Assembly (NCBI GenBank): GCA_964016885.1
Contig: OZ024742.1
Coordinates: 371,566,001-371,630,000 of the forward strand
DNA: 64,000 bases
Direction of reading: 5' to 3'
Source: Eledone cirrhosa
Lineage: Eukaryota
Position numbers and translations under genes: made by a program. Below, in pieces: positions 47,601 through 62,113 of the stretch; positions within the stretch are counted from its first letter, which is position 1; each line of letters begins with the position of its first letter. The notes under the pieces were generated by a model that saw only the letters and a list, made by a program, of their open reading frames with translations, was not told where the DNA came from and searched no databases.

Positions 47601-50600
47601 ATAAATACAATTAATTATTGTTAGGAACATATAAACATATAATAAATACAATTAATTATTGCTAGGAACATATAAATATATAATAAATACAATTAATTAT
47701 TGCTAGGAACACATAAACATATAATAAATACAATTAATTATTGCTAGGAACATATAAACATATATAATAAATACAATTAATTATTGTTAGGAACAAATAA
47801 ACATATATAATAAATACAATTAACTATTGCTACGAACATATACACATATATCATAAATACAATTAATTATTGCTAGGAACAAATAAACATATATAATAAA
47901 TACAATTAATTATTGCTAGGAACATATAAACATATATAATAAATACAATTAACTACTGCTAGGAACATATAAACACATATAATAAACACAATTAACTATT
48001 GCTAGGAACAAATAAACATATATAATAAATACAATTAATTATTGCTAGGAACATATAAACATATATAATAAATACAATTAATTATTGCTAGGAACATATA
48101 AACATATATAATAAATACAATTAATTATTGCTAGGAACATATAAACATATATAATAAATACAATTAATTATTGCTACGAACATATAAACATATATAATAA
48201 ATACAATTAATTATTGCTAGGAACATATAAACATATATAATAAATACAATTAATTATTGCTAGGAACATATAAACATATATAATAAATACAATTAATTAT
48301 TGCTAGGAACATATAAACATATATAATAAATACAATTAACTATTGCTAGGAACATATAAACATATATAATAAATACAATTAATTATTGCTAGGAACCTAT
48401 AAACATATATAATAAATACAATTAACTATTGCTAGGAACCTATAAACATATATAATAAATATAATTAATTATTGCTAGGAACATATAAACATATATAATA
48501 AATACAATTAACTATTGCTAGGAACATATAAACATATATAATAAATACAATTAATTATTGTGAGGAACATATAAACATATATAATAAATACAATTAATTA
48601 TTGTTAGGAACATATAAACATATATAATAAATACAATTAATTATTGCTAGGAACAAATAAACATATATAATAAATACAATTAATTATCGCTAGGAACATA
48701 TAAACATATATAATAAATACAATTAATTATTGCTAGGAACATATAAACATGTATAATAAATACAATTAATTATTGCTAGGAACAAATAAACATATATAAT
48801 GAATACAATTAACTATTGCTAGGAACATATAAACATATAATAAATACAATTAATTATTGCTAGGAACATATAAACATATACAATAAATACAATTAATTAT
48901 TGCTAGGAACATATAAACATATATAATAAATACAATTAATTATTGCTAGGAACATATAAACATATATAATAAATACAATTAATTATTGTTAGGAACATAT
49001 AAACATATAATAAATACAATTAATTACTGCTAGGAACATATAAACATATATAATAAATATAATTAATTATTGCTAGGAACATATAAACATATATAATAAA
49101 TACAATTAACTATTGCTAGGAACATATAAACATATATAATAAATACAATTAACTACTGCTAGGAACAAATAAACATATATAATAAATACAATTAATTATT
49201 GCTAGGAACATATAAACATATAATAAATACAGTTAATTATTGCTAGGAACATATAAACATATAATAAATACAGTTAATTATTGCTAGGAACATATAAACA
49301 TATATAATAAATACAATTAATTATTGTTAGGAACATATAATAAATACAATTAATTATTGTTATGAACATATAAACATATATAATAAATACAATTAATTAT
49401 TGCTAGGAACATATAAACATATATAATAAATACAATTAACTATTGCTAGGAACATATAATAAATACAATTAACTACTGCCAGGAACAAATAAACTTATAT
49501 AATAAATACAATTAATTATTGTTAGGAACATATAAACATATAATAAATACAATTAATTATTGCTTGGAACATATAAACATATATAATAAATACAATTAAT
49601 TATTGCTAGGAACATATAAATATATATAATAAATACAATTAACTATTGCTAGGAACAAATAAACATATAGAATAAATACAATTAATAATTGTTAGGAACA
49701 AATAAACATATATAATAAATACAATTAATTATTGCTAGGAACATATAAACATATATAATAAACACAATTAACTATTGCTAGGAACAAATAAACATATATA
49801 ATAAATACAATTAATTATTGCTAGGAACATATAAACATATATAATAAATACAATTAACTACTGCTAGGAACATATAAACACATATAATAAACACAATTAA
49901 CTATTGCTAGGAACAAATAAACATATATAATAAATACAATTAATTATTGCTAGGAACATATAAACATATATAATAAATACAATTAATTATTGCTAGGAAC
50001 ATATAAACATATATAATAAATACAATTAATTATTGCTAGGAACATATAAAAATATAAAATAAATACAATTAATTATTGCTAGGAACATATAAACATATAT
50101 AATAAATACAATTAACTATTGCTAGGAACATATAAACATATATAATAAATACAATTAATTATTGCTAGGAACCTATAAACATATATAATAAATACAATTA
50201 ACTATTGCTAGGAACCTATAAACATATATAATAAATACAATTAATTATTGCTAGGAACCTATAAACATATATAATAAATACAATTAATTATTGCTAGGAA
50301 CATATAAACATATATAATAAATACAATTAATTATTGTTAGGAACATATAAACACATATAATAAATACAATTAATTATTGCTAGGAACATATAAACATATA
50401 TAATAAATACAATTAATTATTGTTAGGAACATATAAACATATAATAAATACAATTAATTACTGCTAGGAACATATAAACATATATAATAAATATAATTAA
50501 TTATTGCTAGGAACATATAAACATATATAATAAATACAATTAACTATTGCTAGGAACATATAAACATATATAATAAATACAATTAACTACTGCTAGGAAC

Positions 50601-53600
50601 AAATAAACATATATAATAAATACAATTAATTATTGCTAGGAACATATAAACATATAATAAATACAGTTAATTATTGCTAGGAACATATACACATATAATA
50701 AATACAGTTAATTATTGCTAGGAACATATAAACATATATAATAAATACAATTAATTATTGTTAGGAACATATAAACATATATAATAAATACAATTAATTA
50801 TTGCTAGGAACATATAAACATATATAATAAATACAATTAACTATTGCTAGGAACATATAATAAATACAATTAATTATTGTTAGGAACATATAAACATATA
50901 TAGTAAATACAATTAATTATTGCTCGGAACATATAAACATATATAATAAATACAATTAATTATTGTTAGGAACATATAAACATATATAATAAATACAATT
51001 AATTATTGCTAGGAACATATAAACATATAATAAATACAATTAATTATTGCTAGGAACATATATACATATATAATAAATACAATTAATTATTGCTAGGAAC
51101 ATATAAACATATATAATAAATACAATTAATTATTGCTAGGAACATATAAACATATATAATAAATACAATTAATTATTGCTAGGAACATATAAACATATAT
51201 AATAAATACAATTAACTATTGCTAGGAACATATAAACATATATAATAAATATAATTAATTATTGCTAGGAACCTATAAACATATATAATAAATACAATTA
51301 ATTATTGCTAGGAACATATATAATAAATACAATTAACTATTGCTACGAACATATACACATATATCATAAATACAATTAATTATTGCTAGGAACATATAAA
51401 CATATATAATAAATACAATTAATTATTGCTAGGAACATATAAACATATATAATAAATACAATTAACTATTGCTAGGAACATATAAACATATATAATAAAT
51501 ACAATTAATTATTGCTAGGAACCTTTAAACATATATAATAAATACAATTAACTATTGCTAGGAACCTATAAACATATATAATAAATACAATTAATTATTG
51601 CTAGGAACCTATGAACATATATAATAAATACAATTAATTATTGCTAGGAACATATAAACATATATAATAAATACAATTAATTATTGTTAGGAACATATAA
51701 ACACATATAATAAATACAATTAATTATTGCTAGGAACATATAAACATATATAATAAATACGATTAATTATTGTTAGGAACATATAAACACATATAATAAA
51801 TACAATTAATTATTGCTAGGAACATATAAACATATATAATAAATACAATTAATTATTGTTAGGAACATATAAACATATATAATAAATACAATTAATTATT
51901 GCTAGGAACATATAAACATATATAATAAATACAATTAATTATTGCTAGGAACAAATAAGCATACATAATGAATACAATTAATTATTGCTAGGAACATATA
52001 AACATATATAATAAATACAATTAATTATTGTTAGGAACATATAAACATATATAATAAATACAATTAATTATTGTTAGGAACATATAAACATATATAATAA
52101 ATACAATTAATTATTGCTAGGAACAAATAAACATATATAATAAATACAATTAATTATTGCTAGGAACATATAAACATATATAATAAATACAATTAATTAT
52201 TGCTAGGAACATATAAACACATATAATAAATACAATTAATTATTGCTAGGAACATATAAACATATATAATAAATACAATTAATTATTGCTAGGAACAAAT
52301 AAACATATATAATGAATACAATTAACTATTGCTAGGAACATATAAACATATAATAAATACAATTAATTATGGCTAGGAACATATAAACATATACGATAAA
52401 TACGATTAATTATTGCTAGGAACATATAAACATATATATTAAATACAATTAATTATTGCTAGGAACATATAAACATATATAATAAATACAATTAATTATT
52501 GTTAGGAACATATAAACATATAATAAATACAATTAATTACTGCTAGGAACATATAAACATATATAATAAATACAATTAATTATTGCTAGGAACATATAAA
52601 CATATATAATAAATACAATTAACTATTGCTAGGAACATATAAACATATATAATAAATACAATTAACTACTGCTAGGAACAAATAAACATATATAATAAAT
52701 ACAATTAATTATTGCTAGGAACATATAAACATATATAATAAATACAATTAATTATTGCTAGGAACATATAAACATATATAATAAATACAATTAACTATTG
52801 CTAGGAACATATAATAAATACAATTAACTACTGCCAGGAACAAATAAACTTATATAATAAATACAATTAATTATTGTTAGGAACATATAAACATATAATA
52901 AATACAATTAATTATTGCTTGGAACATATAAACATATATAATAAATACAATTAATTATTGCTAGGAACATATAAATATATATAATAAATACAATTAACTA
53001 TTGCTAGGAACAAATAAACATATAGAATAAATACAATTAATAATTGTTAGGAACAAATAAACATATATAATAAATACAATTAATTATTGCTAGGAACATA
53101 TAAACATATATAATAAACACAATTAACTATTGCTAGTAACAAATAAACATATATAATAAATACAATTAATTATTGCTAGGAACATATAAACATATATAAT
53201 AAATACAATTAACTACTGCTAGGAACATATCAACACATATAATAAACACAATTAACTATTGCTAGGAACAAATAAACATATATAATAAATACAATTAATT
53301 ATTGCTAGGAACATATAAACATATATAATAAATACAATTAATTATTGCTAGGAACATATAAACATATATAATAAATACAATTAATTATTGCTAGGAACAT
53401 ATAAAAATATAAAATAAATACAATTAATTATTGCTAGGAACATATAAACATATATAATAAATACAATTAACTATTGCTAGGAACATATAAACATATATAA
53501 TAAATACAATTAATTATTGCTAGGAACCTATAAACATATATAATAAATACAATTAACTATTGCTAGGAACCTATAAACATATATAATAAATACAATTAAT

Positions 53601-56600
53601 TATTGCTAGGAACCTATAAACATATATAATAAATACAATTAATTATTGCTAGGAACATATAAACATATATAATAAATACAATTAATTATTGTTAGGAACA
53701 TATAAACACATATAATAAATACAATTAATTATTGCTAGGAACATATAAACATATATAATAAATACAATTAATTATTGTTAGGAACATATAAACATATAAT
53801 AAATACAATTAATTACTGCTAGGAACATATAAACATATATAATAAATATAATTAATTATTGCTAGGAACATATAAACATATATAATAAATACAATTAACT
53901 ATTGCTAGGAACATATAAACATATATAATAAATACAATTAACTACTGCTAGGAACAAATAAACATATATAATAAATACAATTAATTATTGCTAGGAACAT
54001 ATAAACATATAATAAATACAGTTAATTATTGCTAGGAACATATAAACATATAATAAATACAGTTAATTATTGCTAGGAACATATAAACATATATAATAAA
54101 TACAATTAATTATTGTTAGGAACATATAATAAATACAATTAATTATTGTTATGAACATATAAACATATATAATAAATACAATTAATTATTGCTAGGAACA
54201 TATAAACATATATAATTAATACAATTAACTATTGCTAGGAACATATAATAAATACAATTAATTATTGTTAGGAACATATAAACATATATAGTAAATACAA
54301 TTAATTATTGCTCGGAACATATAAACATATATAATAAATACAATTAATTATTGTTAGGAACATATAAACATATATAATAAATACAATTAATTATTGCTAG
54401 GAACATATAAACATATAATAAATACAATTAATTATTGCTAGGAACATATATACATATATAATAAATACAATTAATTATTGCTAGGAACATATAAACATAT
54501 ATAATAAATACAATTAATTATTGCTAGGAACATATAAACATATATAATAAATACAATTAATTATTGCTAGGAACATATAAACATATATAATAAATACAAT
54601 TAACTATTGCTAGGAACATATAAACATATATAATAAATATAATTAATTATTGCTAGGAACCTATAAACATATATAATAAATACAATTAATTATTGCTAGG
54701 AACATATATAATAAATACAATTAACTATTGCTACGAACATATACACATATATCATAAATACAATTAATTATTGCTAGGAACATATAAACATATATAATAA
54801 ATACAATTAATTATTGCTAGGAACATATAAACATATATAATAAATACAATTAACTATTGCTAGGAACATATAAACATATATAATAAATACAATTAATTAT
54901 TGCTAGGAACCTATAAACATATATAATAAATACAATTAACTATTGCTAGGAACCTATAAACATATATAATAAATACAATTAATTATTGCTAGGAACCTAT
55001 GAACATATATAATAAATACAATTAATTATTGCTAGGAACATATAAACATATATAATAAATACAATTAATTATTGTTAGGAACATATAAACACATATAATA
55101 AATACAATTAATTATTGCTAGGAACATATAAACATATATAATAAATACGATTAATTATTGTTAGGAACATATAAACACATATAATAAATACAATTAATTA
55201 TTGCTAGGAACATATAAACATATATAATAAATACAATTAATTATTGTTAGGAACATATAAACATATATAATAAATACAATTAATTATTGCTAGGAACATA
55301 TAAACATATATAATAAATACAATTAATTATTGCTAGGAACAAATAAGCATACATAATGAATACAATTAATTATTGCTAGGAACATATAAACATATATAAT
55401 AAATACAATTAATTATTGTTAGGAACATATAAACATATATAATAAATACAATTAATTATTGTTAGGAACATATAAACATATATAATAAATACAATTAATT
55501 ATTGCTAGGAACAAATAAACATATATAATAAATACAATTAATTATTGCTAGGAACATATAAACATATATAATAAATACAATTAATTATTGCTAGGAACAT
55601 ATAAACACATATAATAAATACAATTAATTATTGCTAGGAACATATAAACATATATAATAAATACAATTAATTATTGCTAGGAACAAATAAACATATATAA
55701 TGAATACAATTAACTATTGCTAGGAACATATAAACATATAATAAATACAATTAATTATGGCTAGGAACATATAAACATATACGATAAATACGATTAATTA
55801 TTGCTAGGAACATATAAACATATATATTAAATACAATTAATTATTGCTAGGAACATATAAACATATATAATAAATACAATTAATTATTGTTAGGAACATA
55901 TAAACATATAATAAATACAATTAATTACTGCTAGGAACATATAAACATATATAATAAATACAATTAATTATTGCTAGGAACATATAAACATATATAATAA
56001 ATACAATTAACTATTGCTAGGAACATATAAACATATATAATAAATACAATTAACTACTGCTAGGAACAAATAAACATATATAATAAATACAATTAATTAT
56101 TGCTAGGAACATATAAACATATAATAAATACAGTTAATTATTGCTAGGAACATATAAACATATAATAAATACAGTTAATTATTGCTAGGAACATATAAAC
56201 ATATATAATAAATACAATTAATTATTGTTAGAAACATATAATAAATACAATTAATTATTGTTATGAACATATAAACATATATAATAAATACAATTAATTA
56301 TTGCTAGGAACAAATAAACATATATAATGAATACAATTAACTATTGCTAGGAACATATAAACATATAATAAATACAATTAATTATTGCTAGGAACATATA
56401 AACATATACAATAAATACAATTAATTATTGCTAGGAACATATAAACATATATAATAAATACAATAAATTATTGCTAGGAACATATAAACATATATAATAA
56501 ATACAATTAATTATTGTTAGGAACATATAAACATATAATAAATACAATTAATTACTGCTAGGAACATATAAACATATATAATAAATATAATTAATTATTG

Positions 56601-57694
56601 CTAGGAACATATAAACATATATAATAAATACAATTAACTATTGCTAGGAACATATAAACATATATAATAAATACAATTAACTACTGCTAGGAACAAATAA
56701 ACATATATAATAAATACAATTAATTATTGCTAGGAACATATAAACATATAATAAATACAGTTAATTATTGCTAGGAACATATAAACATATAATAAATACA
56801 GTTAATTATTGCTAGGAACATATAAACATATATAATAAATACAATTAATTATTGTTAGGAACATCTAATAAATACAATTAATTATTGTTATGAACATATA
56901 AACATATATAATAAATACAATTAATTATTGCTAGGAACATATTAACATATATAATAAATACAATTAACTATTGCTAGGAACATATAATAAATACAATTAA
57001 CTACTGCCAGGAACAAATAAACTTATATAATAAATACAATTAATTATTGTTAGGAACATATAAACATATAATAAATACAATTTATTATTGCTTGGAACAT
57101 ATAAACATATATAAAAAATACAATTAATTATTGCTAGGAACATATAAATATATATAATAAATACAATTAACTATTGCTAGGAACAAATAAACATATAATA
57201 AATACAATTAATAATTGTTAGGAACAAATAAACATATATAATAAATACAATTAATTATTGCTAGGAACATATAAACATATAATAAATACAATTAATTATT
57301 GTTAGGAACATATAAACATATATAATAAATACAATTAATTATTGCTAGGAACATATAAACATATAATAAAAACAATTAATTATTGTTAGGAACATGTAAA
57401 CATATATAGTAAATACAATTAATTATTGCTCGGAACATATAAACATATATAATAAATACAATTAATTATTGTTAGGAACATATAAACATATATAATAAAT
57501 ACAATTAATTATTGCTAGGAACATATAAACATATAATAAATACAATTAATTATTGCTAGGAACATATAAACATATATAATAAATACAATTAATTATTGCT
57601 AGGAACATATAAACATATATAATAAATACAATTAATTATTGCTAGGAACATATAAACATATATAATAAATACAATTAATTATTGCTAGGAACAT

Positions 57695-57756
57695 CATCAT
57701 CATCATCATCATCATCAACGTTTAACGTCCGTGTTCCACGCTTGCATGGGTTTGGA
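57695..57756 (-). mobile_element. 62-bp RTE subfamily-B 3'-end stub, copy 5
   Basis: Same sequence and junctions as copy 1. Confidence 0.95.
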
Positions 57757-59561
57757 AAATACAATTAACTATTGCTAGGAACATATAAACATATATAATA
57801 AATATAATTAATTATTGCTAGGAACCTATAAACATATATAATAAATACAATTAATTATTGCTAGGAACCTATAAACATATATAATAAATACAATTAATTA
57901 TTGCTAGGAACATATAAACATATATAATAAATACAATTAATTATTGTTAGGAACATATAAACACATATAATAAATACAATTAATTATTGCTAGGAACATA
58001 TAAACATATATAATAAATACAATTAATTATTGTTAGGAACATATAAACACATATAATAAATACAATTAATTATTGCTAGGAACATATAAACATATATAAT
58101 AAATACAATTAATTATTGTTAGGAACATATAAACATATATAATAAATACAATTAATTATTGCTAGGAACATATAAACATATATAATAAATACAATTAATT
58201 ATTGCTAGGAACAAATAAACATACATAATGAATACAATTAATTATTGCTAGGAACATATAAACATATATAATAAATACAATTAATTATTGTTAGGAACAT
58301 ATAAACATATATAATAAATACAATTAATTATTGCTAGGAACAAATAAACATATATAATAAATACAATTAATTATTGCTAGGAACATATAAACATATATAA
58401 TAAATACAATTAATTATTGCTAGGAACATATAAACACATATAATAAATACAATTAATTATTGCTAGGAACATATAAACATATATAATAAATACAATTAAT
58501 TATTGCTAGGAACAAATAAACATATATAATGAATACAATTAACTATTGCTAGGAACATATAAACATATAATAAATACAATTAATTATGGCTAGGAACATA
58601 TAAACATATACGATAAATACAATTAATTATTGCTAGGAACATATAAACATATATAATAAATACAATTAATTATTGCTAGGAACATATAAACATATATAAT
58701 AAATACAATTAATTATTGTTAGGAACATATAAACATATATAATAAATACAATTAACTATTGCTAGGAACATATAAACATATATAATAAATACAATTAACT
58801 ACTGCTAGGAACAAATAAACATATATAATAAATACAATTAATTATTGCTAGGAACATATAAACATATAATAAATACAGTTAATTATTGCTAGGAACATAT
58901 AAACATATAATAAATACAGTTAATTATTGCTAGGAACATATAAACATATATAATAAATACAATTAATTATTGTTAGGAACATATAATAAATACAATTAAT
59001 TATTGTTATGAACATATAAACATATATAATAAATACAATTAATTATTGCTAGGAACACATAAACATATATAATAAATACAATTAACTATTTCTAGGAACA
59101 TATAATAAATACAATTAACTACTGCCAGGAACAAATAAACTTATATAATAAATACAATTAATTATTGCTAGGAACATATAAATATATAATAAATACAGTT
59201 AATTATTGCTAGGAACATATAAACATATAATAAATACAGTTAATTATTGCTAGGAACATATAAACATATATAATAAATACAATTAATTATTGTTAGGAAC
59301 ATCTAATAAATACAATTAATTATTGTTATGAACATATAAACATATATAATAAATACAATTAATTATTGCTAGGAACATATTAACATATATAATAAATACA
59401 ATTAACTATTGCTAGGAACATATAAATATATATAATAAATACAATTAACTATTGCCAGGAACAAATAAACATATAGAATAAATACAATTAATTATTGCTA
59501 GGAACATATAAATATATAATAAATACAATTAATTATTGCTAGGAACATATAAACATATAAT

Positions 59562-59743
59562 TGTTTCTACTTTTGGCACAAGGCCAGCAAATATCCAGTA
59601 CATTACTGGTACTTTATTTTATCGACCCCGTAAGGATGAAAGGCAAAGTTAACCTCGGCGGGATTTGAACTCAGACTGTAAGGGGACGTAACTATGCTAG
59701 AAAGCATGGCGTCCGACCCTCTACCGATACTGCCAATCCACCG
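59562..59743 (-). mobile_element. tRNA-derived SINE (182 bp) with a 17-bp TSD
   Basis: On the minus strand: A-box-like TGGCAGTATCGG, B-box GAGTTCAAATCCC, and body GCCTTTCATCCTTACGGGGTCGATAAAATAAAGTACCAG. ACATATAAACATATAAT is duplicated at 59545-59561 and 59744-59760. The empty paralogous site is at 47424-47440. Confidence 0.92.
59660..59735 (-). promoter_or_regulatory. Internal RNA polymerase III promoter of the SINE (A box 59724-59735, B box 59660-59672)
   Basis: TGGCAGTATCGG ... GAGTTCAAATCCC resemble the type-2 Pol III consensus and sit at the element 5' end. Confidence 0.75.
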
Positions 59744-62113
59744 ACATATAAACATATAATAAATACAATTAATAATTGTTAGGAACAAATAAACATATAT
59801 AATAAATACAATTAATTATTGCAAGGAACATATAAACATATATAATAAATACAATTAATTATTGTTATGAACATATAATAAATACAATTAATTATTGTTA
59901 GGAACATATAAACACATATAATAAATACAATTAATTATTGTTAGGAACATATAAACATATAATAAATACAATTAATTATTGCTAGGAACATATAAATATA
60001 TAATAAATACAATTAATTATTGCTAGGAACACATAAACATATAATAAATACAATTAATTATTGCTAGGAACATATAAACATATATAATAAATACAATTAA
60101 TTATTGTTAGGAACAAATAAACATATATAATAAATACAATTAACTATTGCTACGAACATATACACATATATCATAAATACAATTAATTATTGCTAGGAAC
60201 AAATAAACATATATAATAAATACAATCAATTATTGCTAGGAACATATAAACATATATAATAAATACAATTAACTACTGCTAGGAACATATAAACACATAT
60301 AATAAACACAATTAACTATTGCTAGGAACAAATAAACATATATAATAAATACAATTAATTATTGCTAGGAACATATAAACATATATAATAAATACAATTA
60401 ATTATTGCTAGGAACATATAAACATATATAATAAATACAATTAATTATTGCTAGGAACATATAAACATATATAATAAATACAATTAATTATTGCTACGAA
60501 CATATAAACATATATAATAAATACAATTAATTATTGCTAGGAACATATAAACATATATAATAAATACAATTAATTATTGCTAGGAACATATAAACATATA
60601 TAATAAATACAATTAACTACTGCTAGGAACAAATAAACATATATAATAAATACAATTAATTATTGCTAGGAACATATAAACATATAATAAATACAGTTAA
60701 TTATTGCTAGGAACATATAAACATATAATAAATACAGTTAATTATTGCTAGGAACATATAAACATATATAATAAATACAATTAATTATTGTTAGGAACAT
60801 CTAATAAATACAATTAATTATTGTTATGAACATATAAACATATATAATAAATACAATTAATTATTGCTAGGAACATATTAACATATATAATAAATACAAT
60901 TAACTATTGCTAGGAACATATAATAAATACAATTAACTACTGCCAGGAACAAATAAACTTATATAATAAATACAATTAATTATTGTTAGGAACATATAAA
61001 CATATAATAAATACAATTAATTATTGCTTGGAACATATAAACATATATAAAAAATACAATTAATTATTGATAGGAACATATAAATATATATAATAAATAC
61101 AATTAACTATTGCTAGGAACAAATAAACATATAGAATAAATACAATTAATTATTGCTAGGAACATATAAATATATAAATATATAATAAATACAATTAATT
61201 ATTGCTAGGAACATATAATAAATACAATTAATAATTGTTAGGAACAAATAAACATATATAATAAATACAATTAATTATTGCTAGGAACATATAAACATAA
61301 ATAATAAATACAATTAACTATTGCTAGGAACATATACACATATATAATAAATACAATTAATTATTGTTAGGAACATATAAACATATATAATAAATACAAT
61401 TAATTATTGCTAGGAACATATAAACATATATAATAAATACAATTAATTATTGCTAGGAACATATAAACATATAATAAATACAATTAATTATTGTTAGGAA
61501 CATATAAACATATATAATAAATACAATTAATTATTGCTAGGAACATATAAACATATAATAAATACAATTAATTATTGTTAGGAACATGTAAACATATATA
61601 GTAAATACAATTAATTATTGCTCGGAACATATAAACATATATAATAAATACAATTAATTATTGTTAGGAACATATAAACATATATAATAAATACAATTAA
61701 TTATTGCTAGGAACATATAAACATATAATAAATACAATTAATTATTGCTAGGAACATATAAACATATATAATAAATACAATTAATTATTGCTAGGAACAT
61801 ATAAACATATATAATAAATACAATTAATTATTGCTAGGAACATATAAACATATATAATAAATACAATTAATTATTGCTAGGAACATATAAACATATATAA
61901 TAAATACAATTAACTATTGCTAGGAACATATAAACATATATAATAAATATAATTAATTATTGCTAGGAACCTATAAACATATATAATAAATACAATTAAT
62001 TATTGCTAGGAACCTATAAACATATATAATAAATACAATTAATTATTGCTAGGAACATATAAACATATATAATAAATACAATTAATTATTGTTAGGAACA
62101 TATAAACACATAT
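59744..62113. repeat. 43-bp satellite array, segment 3
   Basis: Same monomer and orientation as the other segments. Confidence 0.99.

Larger units (their letters stand above)
6285..59561. repeat. 43-bp satellite array, segment 2 (interrupted only by five 62-bp RTE stubs)
   Basis: Continuous head-to-tail monomers in one orientation, with kb-scale recurring orders of variant monomers. Confidence 0.99.

Noticed and set aside
59650-59743. tRNA gene
   Set aside because: A and B boxes are present, but I cannot fold a cloverleaf, and the SINE body and TSD explain the sequence.
59603-59788. 61-aa ORF
   Set aside because: Chance read-through from satellite into a non-coding SINE.
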